Below, piece after piece: positions 47,306-58,866 of a stretch of DNA of 64,000 nt. Made by a program: the position numbers and the translations under genes. Location: positions 186-64,185 of the forward strand of contig JBCCXZ010000014.1 of NCBI GenBank assembly GCA_039190745.1. The letters are read 5' to 3'. Source of the stretch: Planctomycetota bacterium. GTDB lineage: Bacteria > Planctomycetota > Planctomycetia > Pirellulales > Lacipirellulaceae. The notes beneath the pieces were generated by a model. The model did no database searches, was not told where the DNA came from, and saw only the letters and a program-made list of their open reading frames with translations. The stretch's first letter is position 1. Every line of letters starts with the position of its first letter.

Positions 47306-47737
47306 CTACTCCTCTTCGGATTCTGCCTCTTCCTTCTTCTCGGGCTCTTTCTTGAGGTCCTCAAGCTTCCCGCCGGGCAGTTTGCCCTCCGCGATCAGTT
47401 CGCCGTACGTTGGGCTCGACTCGTCGTCTGGGTCGCTGTGCATCGCGGCGACCTTCTTCAAGGCCTCCAAGATCTTCTCCTTATTCTTGGCGTCCTTCTT
47501 TTTGTCGAGCAGGTCTTCTAGATGCTCGCCATAGGGGTTGTGGTGCTTTTTCTTCTTGCCCTGGTGGCAGATGAGGCAGGCCAATCGTTTGCTGCTCGCC
47601 AACTCGGTCAGCTCGGTCTTGCTCTCTTCGTCGACGTACTCCTTAACGAACACGTCCTGGAAAGGCTTGATGGCGGATGCGGATTGAGCTAGCGACATCA
47701 GCAGAGAAGCAGCGAACACAGAACACAACAGGCGCAT
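47306..47737 (-). CDS. small secreted CXXCH protein with Lys/Glu-rich tail (putative monoheme c-type)
   Basis: ATG at 47737 preceded by AGGAG; signal MRLLCSVFAASLLMSLAQSASA; single CLICH motif; C-terminal KKEPEKKEEAESEEE. The upstream 54 codons of the tracked ORF are unlikely to be translated. Confidence 0.6.
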   Translation of the reverse strand: MRLLCSVFAASLLMSLAQSASAIKPFQDVFVKEYVDEESKTELTELASSKRLACLICHQGKKKKHHNPYGEHLEDLLDKKKDAKNKEKILEALKKVAAMHSDPDDESSPTYGELIAEGKLPGGKLEDLKKEPEKKEEAESEEE

Positions 47738-47910
47738 CACAGAGACTCCTGTGGTTGGTTTAATGATTGCAAATGAGACGCGGCAGAGAGCCGCTTGTTG
47801 GCGGACCCGCAGACGCAGGAACGCTTCACGGGCAGTGGGTGTGTCGGGCTCCAGTAGAAGTACGGGAATAGGGGGTGTCAACTCGACCGCTCTCGGCAAT
47901 GGGTGTTCTG

Positions 47911-49146
47911 CTAAGGCGTTCGGCTATTAGTAGGCACTGCTTTATTTGCGTCGGGTGCGATAGTCTGCAGCGACGAGGGGGGCGATTGCTGGCTGGCGTC
48001 GTACGCTGCTAGGCCGGCAGCCCCGAGCAACAAGGCCGCCGCGGGGAGCAACCAGTAGAGATTGCGCTGCAGCCAAGGGTTCGCAGCGGCTGGAGACCGG
48101 TGCTCGAACGTAGTCTTTGGGGCTAGGCCGATGCCCAGGGCGCCGGCAGCCTCTTGCAGTTCTTTGAGCAACTCGACCGGGTCTTGCTGCCGAGCCATAG
48201 GCTGTTTGGCCAGCATGCGTGACAGGACCGCTTGCAGGGCTTGGGGCACGTCGCTCCGCAGCAGCTTGATGTTGGTCGCTTCGCTCTCTTGGTGGCTGAG
48301 CAGCTTCTGAGCAGCGGTCCCCTCCACGAACGGCGGGCGGCCGGCGAGCATGAAGTACAGGGTGCAGCCCAGCGAATAGATGTCGCTGCGGGTGTCGGCC
48401 GACCGCGGGTCGCGGGCCTGCTCGGGGGAGATGTAATCGAAGGTGCCGAGAGTGACACCGGTTGTCGTCAAGTCGTCTGACTGCCCGAGCTCGGCAAACC
48501 GGGCCAAGCCCATGTCGACCAGCTTGGCTTGTCCGTCGGCGACGACGATGTTCGCGGGCTTGATATCGCGGTGGATCACGTCCCGCTGCGAGGCGTGCGC
48601 CAGGGCGTCGGCGATCTGGAAGGTGAAGCGGATCGCCTCGGCGATTGGCACCGGCCCGTGTTCTCGGACCAGGTCGCGCAGGTTCCGGCCGTCGACATAC
48701 TCGAAGACGATGTAGGGCAGCCCGCGGTCGCGGCCGACGTAGTGGACGCGGGCGATGTTGGGGTGGTCCAGCCGGGCGCTGGACTGGGCCTCGACGAGGA
48801 ACCGTTTCTGCAGGTCCTCGAGTGAGACCTGGCGAGAGGCGACCACTTTGACCGCGACGATGCGGTTGAGCGTGGTGTCTTGAGCGCGGAAGACGACGCC
48901 CATGCCGCCGCCGCCGATGTAGTCCAGCAGGTGGAAATGGCCGAGCAGTTCGCCGGTGAGCACGGCGGCGAGTTGTTCGCCCTGCAGGCCGGTTGGGAAA
49001 CTCTCGTCCGATGCCGACGGCGGGGCGCCGAGCACGGTCGCGTCTTCGGCGGTCATCCCGGCTTCGGAGAACTCGTCGGCCGGCGCCGGTGCTCGGCCCC
49101 CGGGCCTGCTTGGGGCGCTCTCAGGATTCTCGTCGGGGCTGTCCAC
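47911..49146 (-). CDS. serine/threonine protein kinase with C-terminal TM anchor
   Basis: GGGGMGVVF, VAVKVV, HRDIKPANIVV, DMGLARF, SPEQARD, SDIYSLGCTLY Hanks-type subdomains; TM helix WLLPAAALLLGAAGLAA. Confidence 0.9.
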   Translation of the reverse strand: MDSPDENPESAPSRPGGRAPAPADEFSEAGMTAEDATVLGAPPSASDESFPTGLQGEQLAAVLTGELLGHFHLLDYIGGGGMGVVFRAQDTTLNRIVAVKVVASRQVSLEDLQKRFLVEAQSSARLDHPNIARVHYVGRDRGLPYIVFEYVDGRNLRDLVREHGPVPIAEAIRFTFQIADALAHASQRDVIHRDIKPANIVVADGQAKLVDMGLARFAELGQSDDLTTTGVTLGTFDYISPEQARDPRSADTRSDIYSLGCTLYFMLAGRPPFVEGTAAQKLLSHQESEATNIKLLRSDVPQALQAVLSRMLAKQPMARQQDPVELLKELQEAAGALGIGLAPKTTFEHRSPAAANPWLQRNLYWLLPAAALLLGAAGLAAYDASQQSPPSSLQTIAPDANKAVPTNSRTP

Positions 49147-49155
49147 GGCTGGTTG

Positions 49156-50619
49156 TTACTCGAGTTCCGCCGCGGCGGCCGCGGGGTCGTAGCCGATTCG
49201 CAACAGGCTGTCTTCCTCTGCGATCAGCAACTCGTCTCTGCCGTTGCCCTGGGCGGTGAGGATGCCGGTTCCTGCGTGCCCCTCGATCCAGCGGCGGCAA
49301 ACAAGCTGGCCGTCGTCGTCAAGAAGGGTCAGCACCCGGAATTTGTTGGGCGCGTCGGCTCCGAAGTCGATGTCTTCGTACTCGACAAGCATCGCGATTT
49401 CGGAGTTGCCGTCGCCGTCGAGGTCGGCGACGGCCATTTCACTGCTTTGGTATTCGCCGAGCATGGGGACCTCCGCGGACCAGACTTCTTCTCCCTGCTG
49501 ATCGAAGAGGTAGATCTTGGCTTGGGTGTACTCGTAGGTCGATTGATCGTAGACGTAGGTGAGGGCAGCGAAGTGCAGTTTTTGCTCGACGACTGCCGCG
49601 GAGACTACTTGCAGGTACGTCATGTCGTCGAGCGGCAGCTCAACGGTCTTGGCGGCTTGCTTGACGGGGACGAGCAGGAGGACCCGGTCGTTGCCGGCAT
49701 CGAGCACGGCGGCCCGCTCACCGGTGACGGGTAGGCTGAACCAAGGGTTCGGCTGCACGCCCTCGAAGTAGAGGCCGTCTTCGACTTCGGTGCGGCTGAG
49801 CTCGACGAGCCTTTCAGGGTGGTGTTCGGCGACCTGCTGCCGAGCTTCGCGGGTTGCTTCTGCTCGCTTCTCGCGGGCTTCGGCTACTTCCTCTTCGTCG
49901 TAGAGCTGGTCGCCGTTGAGCAGCGCGGTGATCTGTTCGGAGAGCGTCGCCTCCAGGTCCGGTGAGAACCCGACGTGGACCGACTGGACGATCCCGCCTG
50001 CGTCGATCAGCACGATCTGGGGGATGCCGGAGACCTCGAACTGGTCGCCCGCTTCCGAGTCGGGGTCGAGCATTTGCGGGTAGGTGTACCCCTTCTCTTC
50101 GAGGAACTCCTTCACTTCTTCGAGGTCTTCGCCCTGGTTGACGCCGACGACGGTCACGGGGTTGTCGGCGAACTCCTCGCTGAGCGTTTGCAGCTTGGGC
50201 ATGGCGGCGACGCACGGGCCGCACCAAGTGGCCCAGAAATCGAGCACGACGACGCGGCCCTGTTCGTCGGACAGCTTCCAGGGTTGCTCGTCGGTGTCGC
50301 TCAGTTCGATTTCGGGGGCGGGCTCGCCGAGGAGCGGGGAGAGTTCTTCTTCGTACGAGTCGAAGTCGCCGGCGTTGATGCCGACGAACTTGCCGAGCAC
50401 CGTTCCCAGGGCTTCGAGTGTGACGCCGGATTCGGGTTCCGCGGGTTTCTCTTCTGCGGTCTGGTCGTTGGTTTCGGCTTCGTCAGCTTCGGCTTTGGCC
50501 TGCGCGTCGGTTTCTTCGGCGCGAGCCGCGCCGTCCGTTGGGAGGGCGGCGACGGACGCGGCGAACAGGATTAGGACGGCGCCCCGTCGTAGACAGTCGC
50601 TTAGCGGGTCGCGTTTCAC
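49156..50619 (-). CDS. secreted TlpA/ResA-like thioredoxin-fold protein fused to FG-GAP/beta-propeller-like C-terminal region
   Basis: Signal peptide; acidic linker; VVVLDFWATWCGPC active site; C-terminal DLDGDGNSEIA (FG-GAP Ca-binding-like). Confidence 0.8.
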   Translation of the reverse strand: MKRDPLSDCLRRGAVLILFAASVAALPTDGAARAEETDAQAKAEADEAETNDQTAEEKPAEPESGVTLEALGTVLGKFVGINAGDFDSYEEELSPLLGEPAPEIELSDTDEQPWKLSDEQGRVVVLDFWATWCGPCVAAMPKLQTLSEEFADNPVTVVGVNQGEDLEEVKEFLEEKGYTYPQMLDPDSEAGDQFEVSGIPQIVLIDAGGIVQSVHVGFSPDLEATLSEQITALLNGDQLYDEEEVAEAREKRAEATREARQQVAEHHPERLVELSRTEVEDGLYFEGVQPNPWFSLPVTGERAAVLDAGNDRVLLLVPVKQAAKTVELPLDDMTYLQVVSAAVVEQKLHFAALTYVYDQSTYEYTQAKIYLFDQQGEEVWSAEVPMLGEYQSSEMAVADLDGDGNSEIAMLVEYEDIDFGADAPNKFRVLTLLDDDGQLVCRRWIEGHAGTGILTAQGNGRDELLIAEEDSLLRIGYDPAAAAAELE

Positions 50620-50683
50620 AGCGGTGCTCCTCGTGCTCGCGGTTCCGGTGGGCGCCGCGCGGCGGCGGCCGGGAGTCGTGGGA

Positions 50684-52033
<1,350 letters not shown>

Positions 52034-53209
52034 CGCTTCGTTCTGCTTCCTACTGAGGGTTGGTTGGGTGCCGTAGTGGCGGGCGACCCAGGATTTTCCG
52101 TTGGTGTGGGGCCGCGGTCAACGGGCGGGCGGCTGGTGGATTTTGGCTTTAGACTCGGATTTGGGTACACGCGGCGATACGCCAAAAGTCGGGTGTTTTG
52201 GCAGGCCTGGCGAGCACTCCGCCAGCGACGCGTAGCGTCGCGGCTATTCGGGGGCGGACGAAACGTGTGGGGGTTTACGTTCGTAGGCGTCGACTTTCTG
52301 AGGACTTATCAGTTGGCCTCTGGCTGTGACTGGTAGATTGCGGCACGCTCCTGTTTATCAGGTTAGGCGGCCATTTCCGAGCGGATTCTCGGGGGTTTGT
52401 TGGCTCGGCCTTGGGAGGTGCGAATCACTCTTGGGAAGCAGTTTTTCAAGGAGGATTCAGTGGCAGCTCTACTGGACGTGTAGGACCTGGATCTTGAACG
52501 AGAATCGCTGATCGATTCGCGATGAGGGGGGCTGGACAGCACCCATTACGTTTTGGTTTCCCCCGTCCTTCTTGGAAGCACCGCGAATGCCTGCGTTGAT
52601 GCAAGTCAAATACTGTGCGGCGGCTCTGTTTGGAATCCGGAAAGAGGTTGGGCTTGTTTGGAAGCTCCTCGGCATAACAGACGCCCGCCCGTTGGACTCG
52701 CATTTGAGATTGGAGCACGGCTAGCGATGGCTGCCGCTTTGGCGGCGTGTTGCTGAATGCGGGCTCTTTCGCGAAGCCATTCGTGACACCGGGCTGTGGC
52801 GAGAAATACCTACTTGAGAAGTTCGACAGCCCGCTCTTCATCTTTTCTTAGGCAGGTCGCAAGCTTAGATGGTCGGAGTGGCGCCACAGCCGACGATGCT
52901 AGCTCTGTTGCTCGCAGGCGTGCTTTGGAGCGTCCTTGGACGGACCCGCTAGCCCGGCATCTTCGGCTGGTCATCGGCGTAAGGCTTTTGCTGGTATGGC
53001 TTTGCCGTGATTCTGCGGGGGTCGTGAATTTTTCATAAACCTGCAGAATACGGTGTCAAATGCTTGATTCACGCCGTTAACACCGGTATTCTCGTGCCAG
53101 GCAGTAAGGGTTGGAGTAGGCCCGTTCTCCGGGTTGCCTTCAGTCCGGCCAGCCAATTCAGCACTGATTGACCTACAACAACGATGTCCGGCACCACGGA
53201 GTCGACCTA

Positions 53210-54067
53210 ATGATTTCCCACGCTTGTCTTCGCCCCTTCGGGCGACTTTCTCTTGTGGCGGCGTTCGCCGTTTCCTGCTCGTTTTCTCACGCGGGCATTA
53301 TCAACTACGACGGTCCAAATCCCGGACCCGGTGGCGCACTCGGCTGGCTTGGTGCCAATGTCTGGTACGGCGAAGTCAGCGAGTCGAACACCGAAGGCAC
53401 CGGCGGCTCCGACGGTCAAACCGCTGAACTCTTTGGCGCCCCGACCGGCATCACCGGCAACGCCATCGACCTCGACCCGCAGAGCTTCGAGGCCAGCTCG
53501 ACCGACGGCGGCTTCGACATCACCGACGGCCAGTTCAATTTCGTGGTGATGGGCATGGGCGGTTCGATTATCGACTCGCTCACCATCCTCGAACGGGGCG
53601 ATACGACCCTCGGCGGCATCCCCATCAACGACAACACATTCACCACGGTTGTGGCCAATGTCTTCATCGACGTCATCGAGGTTGATGGCGCCCCCGTGAC
53701 CACAACCACGAACCTGCCGACGCAGCAACTCGTGTTCACGCCGTCTGGCGGTGATTACAAGCTGCTGGAAGACGGCGGCGGGGCTCCCTTCTTCACCACC
53801 GATTGGGATGGAGCCGGGACGTTCGACATCGGCGCCCTGACCGCGGCCGAGCTTTCGAAGCGGGGCGAGACCTTTGAGCGCGGAGCAACGAAGATCCGCG
53901 TGGCCCTGAACAACATCCTCACGGCCAACAGCGTCGACGGCACTTCTTCGATCATCAAGAAGAAGGACGGCGACATCTCGGTGATCACCGAGATTCCTGA
54001 GCCCGCCTCGGCCGGCTTACTGTTCGCGGGCCTTGTGGCCGCGGGCTGCTTGCGTCGCCGCCGGTAG
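53210..54067 (+). CDS. PEP-CTERM sorting-domain secreted protein
   Basis: ATG at 53210 gives signal MISHACLRPFGRLSLVAAFAVSCSFSHA; C-terminal IPEPASAGLLFAGLVAAGCLRRRR. Confidence 0.8.
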   Translation: MISHACLRPFGRLSLVAAFAVSCSFSHAGIINYDGPNPGPGGALGWLGANVWYGEVSESNTEGTGGSDGQTAELFGAPTGITGNAIDLDPQSFEASSTDGGFDITDGQFNFVVMGMGGSIIDSLTILERGDTTLGGIPINDNTFTTVVANVFIDVIEVDGAPVTTTTNLPTQQLVFTPSGGDYKLLEDGGGAPFFTTDWDGAGTFDIGALTAAELSKRGETFERGATKIRVALNNILTANSVDGTSSIIKKKDGDISVITEIPEPASAGLLFAGLVAAGCLRRRR

Positions 54068-54103
54068 CGGCTTCGGAAGAAGTTTGCTGCGAAAACACGA
54101 AAA

Positions 54104-54135
54104 GGGGCCGCTCGGTGCAAGCGGCCCTTTTTTTT
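54104..54135 (+). terminator. intrinsic terminator after PEP-CTERM gene
   Basis: GGGCCGCT (54105-54112) / AGCGGCCC (54120-54127) stem followed by T8 (54128-54135). Confidence 0.7.
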
Positions 54136-54447
54136 GTTGGTGCGGAAACCATTTCTAGAAAGGCCGTTCGGGCGGATTCGCTCGAATCGTTCGATTTGCT
54201 TGACGCTGCTGCCTGGACGGGTCTAATCGCGGTCATGGGGGTTTGTCTGGTGTGTACGAGGCCGCCGGGCAACGCTTGGTATTCATCTTATGATTTGCAG
54301 CTACTGAACCGTCCCGCGGCCCCCGTTAGCGTCGTACGCGGGGCAGACCGGGTGGATCGGAACGAGGCGGGGCAGCGGATCGGATCTCGCGGCTCCCTTG
54401 CTCAACACCACTCTGCTCAACACCACGGGCTCAAGCGGCTCCGAAAA

Positions 54448-54486
54448 CGGCCTCGGTTCACTGGACGAACCGAGGCCGCTTTTTTT
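54448..54486. terminator. bidirectional intrinsic terminator (12-bp stem, T7 on plus strand, TTTT on minus strand)
   Basis: CGGCCTCGGTTC (54448-54459) / GAACCGAGGCCG (54467-54478), then CTTTTTTT. On the minus strand it lies 24 nt after the TauE stop and is followed by TTTTCGG. Confidence 0.6.
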
Positions 54487-54509
54487 ATGCGCGTGCGTCA
54501 TTGTCTCGG

Positions 54510-55229
54510 CTAGCCGATCAGCCAAGGGCCGGTGATCGACGCGACGGCGATGGCGGTGATCAGGCCGTAAGTGATGCGGCGGAAGCGTTGCTTGTCGAGA
54601 CGGTGGCCGAGCCGGAGCCCGATGGCCAGGCACGCGGCGATGATCGGCAGGACGAGCAAAGCAGCGAGCGTTGCCGGCAAGAGCGTGCGGCCAAAGCGGT
54701 AGGCGAATAGCGCCGCGAGCGGCGGGATGCAAACCGCCGAGCAGAAGAACAAGAAGCCGCGGCTCTTCTGCGCCGACCAGGTGAGCGCGTTGACGTACAT
54801 GACCATCGGGGCGCCGCCGATGGCGGCGAAGCCCATCAGGAAGCCGGAAGAGCTGAAGGCGGCCAGCCTCCATCCGAGGCCGAGGCGGTCGCGCGGCTGG
54901 AGGCGCACGCCGCGGAGCATCGCCACGGATGCCAAGAGAACCGCACCGACGATCTGGCGGACGGTCGCCGGTTGGAGCCCGCCTGTGAGACCGAGGGCGG
55001 CGACCCCGACGGGGAGCATGGCGATGCGGACGACGGTGGGGAGGAGCAGGTCCTGCCGATCGAGGTGCGGGGCGAGCTTCCAGGCTCCGGCGGCGTTTTG
55101 GATGCTGGTCGAGATGAAGTTGATGGCGGCGGACTCGGGCAGGCTGAAGCCGGCCATCACAAGGAGCGGGACGCCCAGGAGGCCCGAACCGAATCCGACG
55201 GCGCCCTGCACGACGGCTCCGAAGCCCAT
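54510..55229 (-). CDS. TauE/SafE family sulfite/anion exporter membrane protein
   Basis: GAVGFGSGLLGVPLLV N-terminal and GFAAIGGAPMVMYV second-half motifs with about 7-8 TM helices. The N-terminus may be slightly truncated by start-codon choice. Confidence 0.8.
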   Translation of the reverse strand: MGFGAVVQGAVGFGSGLLGVPLLVMAGFSLPESAAINFISTSIQNAAGAWKLAPHLDRQDLLLPTVVRIAMLPVGVAALGLTGGLQPATVRQIVGAVLLASVAMLRGVRLQPRDRLGLGWRLAAFSSSGFLMGFAAIGGAPMVMYVNALTWSAQKSRGFLFFCSAVCIPPLAALFAYRFGRTLLPATLAALLVLPIIAACLAIGLRLGHRLDKQRFRRITYGLITAIAVASITGPWLIG

Positions 55230-55483
55230 GATGAGGGCGATCTCGGTGAGCTGTGTGGCCGAGTAGTCGACGATAGGGTTACCTGGTTCCGTTTGGGAGT
55301 CGATTGACGGAGAGGGGATGGGGAGATGTTTGGGGATACGGGGGATGGAAGTGAAGAGCTATGCGGGACGGCTCTTTGAGCCCGATTAAGGTTTATCATG
55401 CAAGCGGGTATCGACCTCGAAGAGGCCTCCTACAAACATCCTGCTTCCTCATCCCCTTTCACCCCCATCATCCCCTCATCTCC

Positions 55484-55918
55484 TTAGTTTTCAGTGCGGC
55501 TTGCTTTAACAATTTGCTGAGCGAGTTTGCGGAGGTCGTCGCTGGTGTGGCCTTTGCGTTCGGCCTCGGCCAGGAGGCGGCGTTGGTCGGCGTGGGGCAG
55601 GCGGGCGACGGCGGCGTGGGCCGACCAGGAGAGGGCGGGGCGGCGGTTGCGGGGCGGCACGCGGCGGGCGACCGAGGCGTAGCGGCTGACCATCTCGGTG
55701 GAGAGCGTCTCGCCGCAGACCTCGCCGAACTCCTCGCCGAAAAGGTCTTCGCCGGCGTTGATCATGTCGCCGATCCACCACGGGCTGGCGCGTTGGCACC
55801 AGAGTGCGAACTGTAGCGGGCCGCGCCACTCTTCCAGGGGCGGTTTGCCGGCGACGCGGGCGTCTGCGGGCCGGAAGGCGAAGCGTCCGAGGTTTATCTT
55901 CGGCTCTTGGGTTGCCAT
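55484..55918 (-). CDS. hypothetical protein (144 aa)
   Basis: ATG at 55918 (MATQEPKINLGRF...); balanced composition; no motif recognised. The start codon lies inside a 14-bp tandem repeat. Confidence 0.5.
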   Translation of the reverse strand: MATQEPKINLGRFAFRPADARVAGKPPLEEWRGPLQFALWCQRASPWWIGDMINAGEDLFGEEFGEVCGETLSTEMVSRYASVARRVPPRNRRPALSWSAHAAVARLPHADQRRLLAEAERKGHTSDDLRKLAQQIVKASRTEN

Positions 55919-55951
55919 GATGGGGTTGCCATGATGGGGTTGCCATGATGG
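55910..55951. repeat. 14-bp tandem repeat x3 (GGTTGCCATGATGG) spanning the start codon of the 55484-55918 gene
   Basis: Units at 55910-55923, 55924-55937 and 55938-55951, read directly. On the coding strand each unit carries ATGGCAACC, i.e. three copies of the start context. Confidence 0.9.
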
Positions 55952-55959
55952 TGGATTAG

Positions 55960-57072
<1,113 letters not shown>

Positions 57073-57083
57073 GCAAGGTGGAG

Positions 57084-58064
57084 TCAAAGGAAAGGAGCGA
57101 GTTGCTTCCAGAAACAGAGGAACAAGAGCGTCGCCGTGGGGATGGCGTAGGCGGCGGCGGTGGTGAATGAGACAGACCTCCGAGTTGCCAGCCATAGCGC
57201 GAGGGCGATCGGCAAGCTGACGATGAAGATCTGCACCGCCGCAACGTAACCGAGGTAGGCGCCGATGAGGATCGGGCTGAAGACGGTCGCGGGGTAGCTG
57301 CCGCGCAATTTTTTCGCGCGTTGATAAGGCGGCGTAAGGCTTAGCAATAAGCCGAAGACCATGCTAAGGATGACGCCGCCGCCATAGAGTAGCGGGGCGT
57401 ATGGGATGTCTTTTTCCGACCAGGCGAAGAAGAGTTTCGGCCACCAAGTCAGTTGGGACGCAACGCCGACCGCGACGCCTGCGGCAAGGAACGGTTTTGG
57501 GGTTCTGACTCGATCAGAGTCCATCAACGCGATCGTTACCAGTAGAGCAAGCAGCGTGCAGTGGTAGAGGTAGGCCCCGATCAACGGCCAGCGAGGGTAC
57601 CAGACGTTGAGGGCTGCCCCGGGGAAGAAGTTGATCGGTCTTCCCGGTAGATTGGCGCCGCCGGAGAAGAGCTCGGCGTAGGCGAGCATGAAGAACATCA
57701 GGCCGACCGCGACTTCGACCAGCACGTAACGGGCTGGGATCGGGGCGCTGCAGTCGCGGCACTTGCCGCGGAGGATCAGCCAGCTCACCACCGGCACGTT
57801 GTGTTTGGCGCGGATGGCGTGGCCGCACTGCGGGCAGGCTGAACCGCCCCTGACGACCGACTCTCCCCTGGGCACGCGGTAGGCGACGACGTTGAGGAAG
57901 CTGCCGATGCAGGCCCCGACGGAGCCGAGCCAGGCGGCGGTCAGGAAATTGAGGATGGCTTCCTGGTACGGCATTCGGTGCGGCTCAAATTGCGGGGCCC
58001 GGTGGGGGCGCCTATAATCGTCGGCTCGCGGCTGGACGCTGACGACGCGTGGGTCGTCGGCCAT
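57084..58064 (-). CDS. type IV prepilin peptidase (A24 family)
   Basis: CPQCGHAIRAKHNVPVVSWLILRGKCRDCSAPI zinc-finger-like loop after the first TM, followed by a polytopic membrane domain. Confidence 0.88.
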   Translation of the reverse strand: MADDPRVVSVQPRADDYRRPHRAPQFEPHRMPYQEAILNFLTAAWLGSVGACIGSFLNVVAYRVPRGESVVRGGSACPQCGHAIRAKHNVPVVSWLILRGKCRDCSAPIPARYVLVEVAVGLMFFMLAYAELFSGGANLPGRPINFFPGAALNVWYPRWPLIGAYLYHCTLLALLVTIALMDSDRVRTPKPFLAAGVAVGVASQLTWWPKLFFAWSEKDIPYAPLLYGGGVILSMVFGLLLSLTPPYQRAKKLRGSYPATVFSPILIGAYLGYVAAVQIFIVSLPIALALWLATRRSVSFTTAAAYAIPTATLLFLCFWKQLAPFL

Positions 58065-58125
58065 AGCGAGGGGTCGTCCTCGGGCCCGGCCGGGTTACAC
58101 AATCATAAGCTCAAGCCGATGCGGC

Positions 58126-58836
58126 TTGTCGAGAGGAGGGGCGGCGATGCGCGGGTTCCTGGTGGTTTTGCTGGCTGTTGCGGCTGTGGGCTTTGTTGCG
58201 AGTCCTTCGTTGGCTGACGACCACAGTGGCGAGGAAGGATTCATCGACTTGCTCGCCGACGGCGGGCAGCAGCACTGGCAAGGGTACCGCAAGGAAGGCT
58301 GGCCCGAGGGGTGGAAGGTGGAAGACGGCGTGCTGGCGTGGGTCGCGAGCGGCGACGACCTGATGACCAAGGCCCACTACGCCGACTTCGACCTGCGGCT
58401 GGAATGGAAAGTCGATCCGGGCAGCAACAGCGGCATCATGTACCGCGTGAGCGACGGGATGGAGCACCCTTGGCTTACCGGTCCGGAATACCAGATCCTC
58501 GACAACGAGGGCCACGGGGACGGCAAGAACACGAAGACCTCTGCGGCGGCGCTCTACGGCCTGTACGCGGCGAACGATCCGGTCATCAAGCCGGTTGGCG
58601 AATGGAACGAGACCCGGATTGTGGTCGAGGGCGAAAACGTTCAGCACTGGCTCAACGGGCAGAAGGTGGTTGAGGCCCGGATGGGCGGCGACGAGTGGAA
58701 GATGTCGGTTGCGCGGAGCAAGTTCAACCGCATGAAGGGTTTTGGCAAGAACTCAGACGGCCACATCGTGCTGCAGGATCACGGCGACCCCGTGTGGTTC
58801 CGTAACGTGCGGATCAAGCGGCTCGGCGGCGAGTAG
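58126..58836 (+). CDS. DUF1080 (3-keto-disaccharide hydrolase-like, concanavalin fold) secreted protein
   Basis: Signal peptide; DFDLRLEWKV..GSNSGIMYR, GPEYQILDN, WNETRIVVEG..VQHWLNG, GHIVLQDHGDPVWFRNVRIK blocks characteristic of DUF1080. Confidence 0.85.
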   Translation: MSRGGAAMRGFLVVLLAVAAVGFVASPSLADDHSGEEGFIDLLADGGQQHWQGYRKEGWPEGWKVEDGVLAWVASGDDLMTKAHYADFDLRLEWKVDPGSNSGIMYRVSDGMEHPWLTGPEYQILDNEGHGDGKNTKTSAAALYGLYAANDPVIKPVGEWNETRIVVEGENVQHWLNGQKVVEARMGGDEWKMSVARSKFNRMKGFGKNSDGHIVLQDHGDPVWFRNVRIKRLGGE

Positions 58837-58866
58837 GGCCGCACGCGGAGGCGGGCGCGTATCGGC

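Noticed and set aside
52446-52841. 131-aa minus-strand ORF and neighbouring short ORFs in the icd / PEP-CTERM spacer.
   Set aside because: The composition is atypical (Pro/Ser/Arg/Asn mix), with no RBS and no third-position GC bias. The region is treated as non-coding.
55506-55946. 146-aa ORF starting at the distal repeat ATG (MATPSWQPHHGNP...).
   Set aside because: After the repeat it reads an Arg/Pro-rich alternative frame of the better-supported 55484-55918 gene. It is kept only as a possible phase-variation outcome.
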